Positions 14,751-25,052 are shown, numbered from the stretch's first letter. The stretch: 40,131 nt of DNA from Patescibacteria group bacterium (GCA_038065915.1 JBBTPZ010000014.1:1-40131), one strand, 5' to 3'. Notes: generated from the sequence alone by a model not told the origin. Numbers and translations: made by a program.

Positions 14751-17114
14751 ATGCTCATATCATATAAATGGCTTCAAGAATATTTTAACGGGAAACTTCC
14801 AGATTCAAAAAAGATTAAGGATGTTTTAACTATGCATTCATATGAAATTTCTGAGGTTTCAAAAGACAAAGATGATTTTATTTTTGATATAGATGTATTG
14901 CCTAATAGAGCCCACGATTCGCTTTCTTATTTTGGAATTGCGCGTGAGGTAGAAATGCTTTTTGATTTAAAAACAAAATTTTCAGATGTAGAGAATGTTA
15001 AAATAGATAAAAACTTAAAATCATCAGATTTTTTAACTTTAAAAATTGAAAATCCAAATGAATGCAGGCGAGCAACAAAACGACTCGTTGTTGATGTTCA
15101 AGTTAAAGAATCGCCGGAGTGGCTTAAAGAAAAATTATTAAAATTTGGACAAAAATCTATAAATAACATTATTGATGTAACTAATTTTGTAATGATGGAA
15201 ACAGGACAGCCGGTTCATGCTTTTGATTTTGATAAATTAATTACAGGGACAAACAATAAAAAAAATATTTCAATACAGTTAGCAAAGAAGGGAGAAAAAA
15301 TAACTACACTTGATGAAAATCATTATGTTTTAGACGAAAATACTCTGGTAATTCACGACGGAGAAAAACCGCTTGATATTGCGGGAATAAAAGGAGGAAT
15401 AGATACGGGCATAGATGAAAAAACAAAAAAGATTGTTTTGTCTGTATGTAATTTCAATCCTAAAAGTATAAGAAAAACATCTAAAAAATTAGGGTTACAA
15501 ACAGAGGCGTCAAAAAGATTTGAAGCAGATATAAGTCCAGAGTTGGTTTATACGGCGATGCAGAGATTGTCTCAGCTCGTTTCGGAATTATCCGGCGGTA
15601 AGATGAGTGAAGATATTTTGGATGAATATCCGAGAAAATCAAATCCATACAAGATGGGTGTTTCGGTTGATGAAATTAATAAAATTTTAGGGACTGAAAT
15701 AAAAGAAAAAGAATTTGAAAAAATTTTAGACAAACTCGGGTTTGAATACAAAAAAATAAAACCACTTGATGAAATTAAAAAAATTATTCCAGAACTTGAA
15801 GGCAAGCCATATAAATTTGGCGCGAGCGTGAGTTTTGACGCGCCAAATTATTTTGATTGTTCATCTCTAACGGCATATTTGTTTGTACAGGCAGGAATTC
15901 AAATTCCAAGAGTTTCAATTGACCAATATGTTTTTGGTGAAGAAATTTCTAGGAAAGAAGCAAGATTTGGTGATTTAATATTTCTAAATACCGGCAATGG
16001 AAAAATTTATTACGAAACAATAGATTTTATAAAAGGAACAAAAGTTCAGGAAGGAGTTGACCACTGTGGTTTGTATTTAGGAGACGAAAAGGTCTTACAC
16101 ACATCTCGCCTTAATGGAAATAAAGTTGATGTTCAAAATATAGAAAAAAACCCTTCTTTCAAAACAATTATTGGTTATAGAAGATTTACAGATAATGAAA
16201 AAAGATATGTTTTGACAATTCCTTATTACAGAAATGATATTAGAATAAAAGAAGATTTGGCGGAAGAAATAGGAAGAATATTTGGTTATGAAAATATTTC
16301 TTATGATTTGCCAAAAGAAATATCAAAACCTAAAGTTGATAAGATTTTTTACTATTCAAGTTTAATTAAAAACTTTTTTATAACTGAAGGTTTTTCAGAA
16401 GTTTATAATTATGCATTTGTAGACAATGGGGAAGTTGAGCTTTTGAATCCTTTAGCTGGTGATAAAAAATATTTAAGAAGTTCAGCGACAGAACAAGTTA
16501 AATACAATTTAGAATTCAATTCAAAATATTCTGATGTGCTAGCTCTTGATGATATTAAGATTTTTGAAATAGGCAAAATTTATAAAAAAAATGGAGAGAA
16601 ACTCTATTTATCTATGGGTGTAAAAAAGAAAAAAGAAAAAGATACACAGAATTATATTGAAGAAATAAAAAATAAACTTTCAGAGATTTTACAGACAAAA
16701 ATCGTTGCAAAGGCGGAGAGTAATATATTAAATATTGATTTAGAAGATTTGGTCAATAAACTCCCAAATGTTAATTCATACGGAAAAGTATTTGAAGAGT
16801 TTTCTGAAAATTATAAAAACACCGGAATAAAATATAAAAATATTTCACAATATCCGTTTGTTTTGAGAGATATTGCTGTTTGGGTTCCATTAGAAATAAA
16901 AAGCGAAGAAGTTTTAAATATTATTAAAGAAAACGCCGGAAATTTGTTTGTTCAAAGTAAATTATTTGATAAATACAAAAAAGATAAAAAGGTTTCATAC
17001 GCGTTTCGATTGGTTTTTCAGTCACAAAGCAAAACTTTGACGGATGACGAAGTAGGGGAAGTGATGAAAAAAATAGAAGACAAAATAGTCAAAAAAGGGT
17101 GGGAGGTTAGGTAA
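14751..17114 (+). CDS. pheT: Phenylalanine--tRNA ligase beta subunit with an embedded NlpC/P60-like domain
   Basis: N-terminal MLISYKWLQEYF, B3/4 (NNIIDVTNFVMMETGQPVHAFD), B5 (IPYYRNDIRIKEDLAEEIGRIFGYENI) and the C-terminal anticodon-binding-like domain. See findings for the insertion. Confidence 0.9.
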   Translation: MLISYKWLQEYFNGKLPDSKKIKDVLTMHSYEISEVSKDKDDFIFDIDVLPNRAHDSLSYFGIAREVEMLFDLKTKFSDVENVKIDKNLKSSDFLTLKIENPNECRRATKRLVVDVQVKESPEWLKEKLLKFGQKSINNIIDVTNFVMMETGQPVHAFDFDKLITGTNNKKNISIQLAKKGEKITTLDENHYVLDENTLVIHDGEKPLDIAGIKGGIDTGIDEKTKKIVLSVCNFNPKSIRKTSKKLGLQTEASKRFEADISPELVYTAMQRLSQLVSELSGGKMSEDILDEYPRKSNPYKMGVSVDEINKILGTEIKEKEFEKILDKLGFEYKKIKPLDEIKKIIPELEGKPYKFGASVSFDAPNYFDCSSLTAYLFVQAGIQIPRVSIDQYVFGEEISRKEARFGDLIFLNTGNGKIYYETIDFIKGTKVQEGVDHCGLYLGDEKVLHTSRLNGNKVDVQNIEKNPSFKTIIGYRRFTDNEKRYVLTIPYYRNDIRIKEDLAEEIGRIFGYENISYDLPKEISKPKVDKIFYYSSLIKNFFITEGFSEVYNYAFVDNGEVELLNPLAGDKKYLRSSATEQVKYNLEFNSKYSDVLALDDIKIFEIGKIYKKNGEKLYLSMGVKKKKEKDTQNYIEEIKNKLSEILQTKIVAKAESNILNIDLEDLVNKLPNVNSYGKVFEEFSENYKNTGIKYKNISQYPFVLRDIAVWVPLEIKSEEVLNIIKENAGNLFVQSKLFDKYKKDKKVSYAFRLVFQSQSKTLTDDEVGEVMKKIEDKIVKKGWEVR

Positions 17115-17220
17115 GAATTAAAAAAGCAAAAAAACAAGAAAGCAATAAAATACAAAAAACAAAAACTAAATAATTTTACAGTTAACTGTAAAATTTAAAG
17201 TGAAAATAGTTAAAAACAAA

Positions 17221-18726
17221 ATGAAGGTCAAAAAATATATTTTAGAAATATCCGTATTTGTTTGTGGGGCAGTTGTTATGATATTTGAACTTGTTGGCTC
17301 AAGGGTGCTTGGGCCATTTTTTGGAACATCAATATTTGTTTGGACAAGTTTGATTGGGATTATTTTAGGCAGTTTAAGTTTGGGTTATTATTTTGGTGGA
17401 AAAATCGCGGATAAAAATCCTAGTTTTTCTAATTTATCGCTGATTGTTTTTTTATCAGCAATTTTTATTGGGTTAACAATTTTGATTAAAGAACCATTAC
17501 TCATTGTTTTGCAAACTAATTTAGCAAATATTAAAATTGGTTCTGTCTTAGCATCGCTCATTTTATTTTTACCAACGAGTGTTTTATTGGGAATGGTTTC
17601 TCCTTATGTCGCGAAATTAAAAATAAATAGTTTAGATACATCAGGTTCAACGATAGGAACTCTTTATGCTTTATCTACTGCCGGAAGTATATTCGGAACG
17701 TTTTTAGCTGGTTTTTATTTAATTCCACAATTCGGGACGAATAAAATGTTGCTTATTTTGGTTTTTGTTTTAATAATTGTTTCCATATTAATTTATTCAA
17801 AACAACATTTGAATGGAAAATTATTTGTTTTGATATTTGTTTTGGCTGGGTGGATGTCAGTTAATGAATTTAATTCTTTATCTGAAAAAAAAGGTTTTAT
17901 TGATGTTGATACCGCCTATAATCGTATTTTAATAACTGAACATAAGGATGTAAAAACGGATAGAATTATTCGTGTAATGGGAATAAATAACGAGAATCAT
18001 TCGTCAATGTTTTTAGACAGTGATGAATTGGTTAATGAATATTCAAAATATTTTCATCTCGCAAAATATTTTAATCCCAATTTTAAAAAATCGTTGATAT
18101 TTGGTGGAGCCGGATATTCATACCCAAAAGATTATTTACTTAAATATCCGGATGCAACAATTGATGTTGTTGAAATAGACCCGAAAGTTACCGAACTCGC
18201 AAAAAAATATTTTAATTTGAAAGAAAATTCTAGAATGAATATTTATCATGAAGACGGAAGAGTTTATTTAAATAAGACACTCGCCCGCCCAGGCGGGAAA
18301 GAAAAATACGATGTAATTTTTGGAGATGCTTTTAGTTCCAGATATTCTATTCCATATCAATTAACCACAAAGGAAGCAGTACAAAAAAAATATGATATTT
18401 TAAATGAGAATGGAATTGTTGTTTTAAATCTCATTTCTTCAATTGAAGGTGAGAAGGGAAAATTTTTAAGAGCTGAATACTCGACATACAAAAATATTTT
18501 TCCACAAGTTTATATATTTCCAGTTGATGAGCCCAATAATGGGGAAGAAGTTCAAAATATAATTTTGGTAGCATTAAAAACAAAAGACAAACAAATTTTC
18601 AGTAGTGATGATGCAGAAATAAATAAATATCTACAGCGTGTTTGGAAAAAAGAAATTAAAACAGATGTACCAATTTTAACCGATGATTTTGCACCCGTGG
18701 ATTACTATATAAATAAGGTAATTTAA
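17221..18726 (+). CDS. Fused polytopic membrane domain / spermidine-synthase-like (class I methyltransferase fold) protein
   Basis: About 7 N-terminal TM helices, then GGAGYSYPKDYL..VVEIDPKV..YF..EDGRVYL..YDVIFGDAF. I use the ATG at 17221. By my count, the seven codons the track adds from 17200 do not stay in frame with the printed sequence. Confidence 0.75.
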   Translation: MKVKKYILEISVFVCGAVVMIFELVGSRVLGPFFGTSIFVWTSLIGIILGSLSLGYYFGGKIADKNPSFSNLSLIVFLSAIFIGLTILIKEPLLIVLQTNLANIKIGSVLASLILFLPTSVLLGMVSPYVAKLKINSLDTSGSTIGTLYALSTAGSIFGTFLAGFYLIPQFGTNKMLLILVFVLIIVSILIYSKQHLNGKLFVLIFVLAGWMSVNEFNSLSEKKGFIDVDTAYNRILITEHKDVKTDRIIRVMGINNENHSSMFLDSDELVNEYSKYFHLAKYFNPNFKKSLIFGGAGYSYPKDYLLKYPDATIDVVEIDPKVTELAKKYFNLKENSRMNIYHEDGRVYLNKTLARPGGKEKYDVIFGDAFSSRYSIPYQLTTKEAVQKKYDILNENGIVVLNLISSIEGEKGKFLRAEYSTYKNIFPQVYIFPVDEPNNGEEVQNIILVALKTKDKQIFSSDDAEINKYLQRVWKKEIKTDVPILTDDFAPVDYYINKVI

Positions 18727-18832
18727 CCACTTTTTATACACATAAAATCATGAAAATTCCTTTCAAAATAAAGGAATTTTTGCTATAATAACACTATCGC
18801 AAAACAGCGATATTTTTATTTTTTAACACTAA

Positions 18833-20956
<2,124 letters not shown>

Positions 20957-20998
20957 ATTATCTTAAATCTAATATCTAATATCTAAAATCTATATTTT

Positions 20999-22255
20999 AT
21001 GTTTAAAAATTCTAACAATACTTTTGATGTTATTGTCGTGGGTGGCGGACCGTCTGGGATGATGGCTTCGGGTTGTTCTGCTGAACGCGGGCTTCGTGTA
21101 TTACTTATAGAAAAAAATAATCATTTAGGCGATAAGCTCAAAGCGACAGGCGGTGGTCGTTGTAATATTACAAACGCAGAAGAAGACCACGAAGTTTTCA
21201 TCAGACATTATGGCACTGCAAAAGATTTTTTATATTCAGCATTTGCACGGTTTGGAGTTAAAGATACTTTTAATTTTTTTGAAAAACGCGGTTTACCACT
21301 TGTGATTGAAGCGAAAAAGCGTGTTTTTCCTGCGACACAAAAAGCCGAAGATGTTTTTCGTGTATTAGAAAAATTTATGCGTGATAATGACGTTGTTGTT
21401 AGATGTGGACACGGGGTTAATAAAATTTTTAAAGAAAACGAAAAAATAACCGGTGTGGTTGTTGGTAAAGAAAAATATTTTTGTAAATCTTTAGTTTTGG
21501 CAACCGGCGGTTTTTCACATCCGGAATTGGGCGCAACAGGAGATGGTTTTTCTTGGCTCAAATCGCTTGGGCATAAGATAAAAGAAGCATCGCCCGACAT
21601 TGTTCCTCTCGCAGTGCGTGAAAAATGGGTTAAGAACCTTTCCGGCGTGACTTTGTCATTTATGAAAATTACATTTTTTCTTGATGGTGTGAAAAAATTT
21701 AGCAAAACGGGAAAAATTCTTTTTACTCACTTTGGTTTATCGGGGCCTCTTATTTTAAATAGTTCTCGTCAGGTCAGAGATTTACTTAAGGCGGGAGTTG
21801 TGACAGCAAAAATTGATACATATCCTCACACCGACCTTGGTGCGCTTGAAAAAGAAATCGTTAGGACTTTTAATAAAAATAAAAATAAGACACTTAAAAA
21901 TGTTTTGCCAGAAATTGCACCACACGGTTTAGCACTGGCTCTTGAATTATTACTTCCCAAATTAAATTTAGACCTTGAAAAGAAAGTGCATAGTGTGGAA
22001 AAAGAAGAACGCAAAAAAATTGTTGATTTACTCAAGGCCATGCCACTCACTGTTACTGGTTTGATGGGTTTTGATAGGGCGGTTGTTTCGGACGGGGGAG
22101 TATTGTTGACGGAAATTGATATGAGAACAATGCGTTCGCGCCTTCATCCAAATCTTTATATCACAGGTGACTTACTCAACATCAATCGTCCATCTGGCGG
22201 TTTCTCTCTTCAACTTTGTTGGACCACTGGTTTTGTGGCTGGGATGAATGTTTAA
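20999..22255 (+). CDS. FAD-dependent oxidoreductase of the HI0933/YhiN (BaiN-like) family
   Basis: DVIVVGGGPSGMMA Rossmann motif and the GGGRCNITN signature. Length 418 aa. Confidence 0.8.
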   Translation: MFKNSNNTFDVIVVGGGPSGMMASGCSAERGLRVLLIEKNNHLGDKLKATGGGRCNITNAEEDHEVFIRHYGTAKDFLYSAFARFGVKDTFNFFEKRGLPLVIEAKKRVFPATQKAEDVFRVLEKFMRDNDVVVRCGHGVNKIFKENEKITGVVVGKEKYFCKSLVLATGGFSHPELGATGDGFSWLKSLGHKIKEASPDIVPLAVREKWVKNLSGVTLSFMKITFFLDGVKKFSKTGKILFTHFGLSGPLILNSSRQVRDLLKAGVVTAKIDTYPHTDLGALEKEIVRTFNKNKNKTLKNVLPEIAPHGLALALELLLPKLNLDLEKKVHSVEKEERKKIVDLLKAMPLTVTGLMGFDRAVVSDGGVLLTEIDMRTMRSRLHPNLYITGDLLNINRPSGGFSLQLCWTTGFVAGMNV

Positions 22256-22300
22256 TATTTTAACCCAGCACTTATTTTTTATAAAAAATAAGTGCTGGAA

Positions 22301-22329
22301 TTGACAAAACAATATATTCCTGTATTATA
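22301..22329 (+). promoter_or_regulatory. Sigma-70-type promoter for 22377..23081
   Basis: TTGACA (22301-22306), a 16-17 nt spacer, then tattat/attata (22323-22329). It follows a 16-bp perfect palindrome (22268-22299) that probably terminates the upstream gene. AAGGAG lies 8 nt before the ATG. Confidence 0.6.
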
Positions 22330-22376
22330 CACAACGAAAAGTTCAATAAAATATAAACAAAAAAAGGAGTATTTCG

Positions 22377-23081
22377 ATGGAAGAAAGAAAAAGTGTACTT
22401 GTAAAATTGGGAGAAGATTCAGATTTAAAAGTCGATTTAAATCTGGGAGTGATTTCTCTTTTGGTAGCAAAAGAAAGCTATTTTCAACCACACATCTGTT
22501 TAAATGAAAAAAGCGGTGTGGAAGTTATTAAAAAGATTTCTCAAAATTCAGAAAAAGCAAACACAGAAATTTGGATTAATGAATTTGCCATTCTTAGTTT
22601 TGATGATATTTGGCTTAATATCAAATTTTGTGTATCTTTAAACGAGATTAGCTTTCCAAACAATATGGTATACCTTACTCCAAGGCAAACTGGTTACATT
22701 GTTAGAAATCTCAAACCAGAATCTAAGGTAATTGTTCTAGAGAAGATAAAAAGATGGTATTTTGAGGAATTTCTTGTAAAAACCAAAAAAGGTTTTGACA
22801 CCATATCAAAACAGTTTAATGAAGGTGACCCTTTTATTGAGAGTGACCATGAAAATCGGATTTTTGATATACACGGTGATCGTAAAATGGAAGTTCCTTA
22901 TACAGAATGGACAATAATGGGTAATCTATTGGCCCCGTCGTTTTTGTTTGGAGTTACATGTTTTGACCATGGTGATATAGACGGATACAAAAGAGCAGAC
23001 AATTTTCTTCGCGCACTTGATGATCACAGAAAAGGTGCCATTGATTTGGCACTTGGTTTAATTAAAAATTTTAAAGAATAA
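22377..23081 (+). CDS. Hypothetical protein (234 aa), no recognisable family
   Basis: Has its own promoter, a strong SD and its own terminator. No motif that I can name. Confidence 0.6.
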   Translation: MEERKSVLVKLGEDSDLKVDLNLGVISLLVAKESYFQPHICLNEKSGVEVIKKISQNSEKANTEIWINEFAILSFDDIWLNIKFCVSLNEISFPNNMVYLTPRQTGYIVRNLKPESKVIVLEKIKRWYFEEFLVKTKKGFDTISKQFNEGDPFIESDHENRIFDIHGDRKMEVPYTEWTIMGNLLAPSFLFGVTCFDHGDIDGYKRADNFLRALDDHRKGAIDLALGLIKNFKE

Positions 23082-23125
23082 TAGTAAAACCTCAGACATT
23101 AATTTATGACTCTCGGCCTTGTGCC

Positions 23126-23156
23126 AAAACCCGCTTCGTAGAAGCGGGTTTTTTTA
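23126..23156 (+). terminator. Rho-independent terminator
   Basis: aaaacccgcttc gta gaagcgggtttt followed by a T-run. Confidence 0.85.
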
Positions 23157-23185
23157 TTACAGTATAAAATTTTATCTGTTTTTCC

Positions 23186-23331
23186 ATTCTCTAATTCAAT
23201 TGAATGGTTATATACAGAAACGATCTATTTTTCTACTGTCGGAGATAGCTGATTTTCTATTATCTTATTCAATTGAATGATTGTATGGATTTTCACGCCT
23301 GATGCTTTATCTTATTCAATTGAATGGTTGT
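23186..23331 (+). repeat. Three copies of a ~24-nt repeat built around the 12-bp palindrome ATTCAATTGAAT, upstream of the ArsR-type gene
   Basis: Palindrome cores lie at 23194-23205, 23267-23278 and 23314-23325. The segment 23263-23331 recurs exactly at 23804-23872. Confidence 0.8.
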
Positions 23332-23402
23332 ATAATGGATTTTTGGGATATATAATATATTTAGTAAAAATATTTTAAAATTAATTAGAAAAGATATTTT
23401 TG

Positions 23403-23451
23403 AAAAATTAAAAATTAAAAATTAAAAATTAAAAATTAAAAATTAAAAATA
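23403..23451 (+). repeat. 7-bp tandem repeat (AAAAATT)x6 plus a partial unit, directly upstream of the ArsR-type start codon
   Basis: Read directly from the sequence. It ends 6 nt before the ATG at 23458. Confidence 0.9.
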
Positions 23452-23457
23452 TAAAAA

Positions 23458-23736
23458 ATGATTGAAGCAAAACAATTTAAAAAATTAGAAAGGTCAATCA
23501 AAGCACTCGCAAATTATCGTCGGTTGGCAATTATTTCAGTTATTAAAAAAGAGGGCGAATCATCGGTGGGTGATATAGCCGAGGAATTAAAACTTTCTAT
23601 GCAAGCAACGTCTAAACATATTAAACTTTTGGAAGCTGTTGAAATTTTGTCAGCCGACCAAAGAGGCCCGCTCGTTTATTATTCTTTGTCCAAATCGCTA
23701 CCCAATTTTATTTCAAACATAATTTCTGGTTTATAG
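23458..23736 (+). CDS. ArsR/SmtB-family winged-helix transcriptional regulator
   Basis: 92 aa. LANYRRLAIISVIKKEGESSVGDIAEELKLSMQATSKHIKLLE is the typical ArsR HTH pattern. Confidence 0.8.
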   Translation: MIEAKQFKKLERSIKALANYRRLAIISVIKKEGESSVGDIAEELKLSMQATSKHIKLLEAVEILSADQRGPLVYYSLSKSLPNFISNIISGL

Positions 23737-23803
23737 TTTGCATTTTTTTTACCGATTATTTTTTACAGATTTTTTTGTCCCTTTCTGTTTCTTAATTTGA
23801 TTC

Positions 23804-23872
23804 TCTTATTCAATTGAATGATTGTATGGATTTTCACGCCTGATGCTTTATCTTATTCAATTGAATGGTTGT
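23804..23872 (+). repeat. Exact 69-nt duplicate of 23263-23331 (two ATTCAATTGAAT sites), downstream of the ArsR-type gene
   Basis: Palindrome cores lie at 23808-23819 and 23855-23866, with the same 47-nt spacing as upstream. Confidence 0.8.
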
Positions 23873-23956
23873 TTGGGGGAATTTTAAAAATAAAGCAAAA
23901 AAACAATTATTAAATTTTCTTCGAAAGTGGTAAAATGTAAATAACAATTTAAAATA

Positions 23957-24799
23957 ATGGCACCTGATAAGTATAAATCTATATGGGTATCGCATTCTTC
24001 TATGGGAGATTTTCTAAAATGTCCACGAACTTATTATTTACATAATGTTTATAAAGACCCTAAAACAGGAAGAAAAATAAATATTGTCAGTCCATATCTT
24101 TCTCTTGGTCAGGCGGTTCATACAACACTTGAATTATTAAAAAATATCCCCGTTGAAGAAAGAATGAAACGAGATCTTTTAGATGATTTTGAAGACGCTT
24201 GGTTACAAGTATCTGGGAGAAAAGGAGGATTTAAGAATGACGATGAAGAAAATGAATTTAAAAAACGAGGTGTTGAAATGATAAAACGAGTTATAAAAAA
24301 CCCTGGACCGATTGCAAATAAAACTGTAAAGATAAAATGTGGACACAATAATATGCCACCCAATTTTTATCTTTCTGAAGACGAAAACATAATATTATGT
24401 GGACTTATTGATTGGTTGGAATACATTAAAGAAGATGATAGCGTTCGTATTCTTGATTTTAAAACTGGTAAAAATGATGAAGCCGAGGATTCTCTCCAAC
24501 TCCCGATTTATCTCTTACTTTTGAATACTTTACAAAAAAGAAAAATTTCCGGAGCATCATATTGGTATTTGAATAAAGATGATAAACCTACGAAGATGAT
24601 ATTACCCGACATTAATGAAGCTAAAGAAAAAGTACTCGCTGTTGCTTTGAAAGTTAAAGAAGCCAGAGAAAAAGAAACTTTTAATTGTCCTCGTGGAGAA
24701 AAAGGATGTTTTGCTTGCAAACCATACGAATCTATTTTGAAAGGCGAGGCGGAATATCTTGGTACTGGTGGCTACGGACAGGATATGTATTTTTTGTAG
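23957..24799 (+). CDS. PD-(D/E)XK nuclease, Cas4/RecB/AddB-nuclease-like, with putative Fe-S cysteines
   Basis: One N-terminal Cys (FLKCPRTYYL), GLIDW...ILDFKTGK (D...DxK), QLPIYLLL (QxxxY) and a C-terminal CPRGEKGCFAC cluster. Confidence 0.75.
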   Translation: MAPDKYKSIWVSHSSMGDFLKCPRTYYLHNVYKDPKTGRKINIVSPYLSLGQAVHTTLELLKNIPVEERMKRDLLDDFEDAWLQVSGRKGGFKNDDEENEFKKRGVEMIKRVIKNPGPIANKTVKIKCGHNNMPPNFYLSEDENIILCGLIDWLEYIKEDDSVRILDFKTGKNDEAEDSLQLPIYLLLLNTLQKRKISGASYWYLNKDDKPTKMILPDINEAKEKVLAVALKVKEAREKETFNCPRGEKGCFACKPYESILKGEAEYLGTGGYGQDMYFL

Positions 24800-24866
24800 A
24801 CCTAATAAAAAAATAACAGGTTTAAAAAAATTCAATTGGGAAATTGAGCTTTTTATTTAATTTAAT

Positions 24867-24946
24867 CTATCCCCAAATCCAACGGAATAAGGGGATAGTT
24901 TAATTTTGTTGTTTTTCATTCTCTAATCCAATGGAATTAGAGAATG
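24867..24946 (+). other. Two tandem hairpins with different stems around a shared AATCCAAYGGAAT core
   Basis: ctatcccc[aaatccaacggaataa]ggggatag (24867-24898) and cattctctaat[ccaatgga]attagagaatg (24917-24946). Confidence 0.6.
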
Positions 24947-25052
24947 TAAAAATTTAAATAAAAAATAATTTTACTTTCTCCTGTTTTTTGTTTAATCTGA
25001 ATAAGGTCGTTTATGCTCTATTGCTTTTATTTCTTCTTGATTAATTGATTCT

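Noticed and set aside
15801-16187. Intein interpretation of the PheT insertion, and likewise of the leuS insertion at 28469-29007
   Set aside because: Neither insert starts with Cys/Ser/Thr at a plausible junction, nor ends in HN followed by Cys/Ser/Thr. No Hint blocks A, B, F or G are visible. Compare the bona fide intein in gyrA.
17200-17220. Track start at 17200 for the spermidine-synthase-like gene
   Set aside because: Counting the printed bases, the GTG AAA ATA GTT AAA AAC AAA codons appear one base out of register with the ATG at 17221. I cannot resolve this without tools, so I report the ATG at 17221, which is unambiguously in frame with the stop at 18726.
22279-22507. ORFs 22292..22507 (+) and 22279..22491 (-)
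   Set aside because: They span the palindromic terminator, the promoter and the SD of 22377..23081, and are Lys/Phe-rich. The 22377 ORF, with its AAGGAG SD, explains the region.
23186-23331. Possible mini-CRISPR array next to a Cas4-like nuclease
   Set aside because: Repeat spacing is irregular (73 and 47 nt centre to centre) and the 'spacers' are only ~21-45 nt. One repeat-spacer-repeat unit is duplicated verbatim 541 nt away, on the other side of a regulator gene. The repeat is itself a perfect 12-bp palindrome, typical of an operator. No cas1 or cas2 is present.
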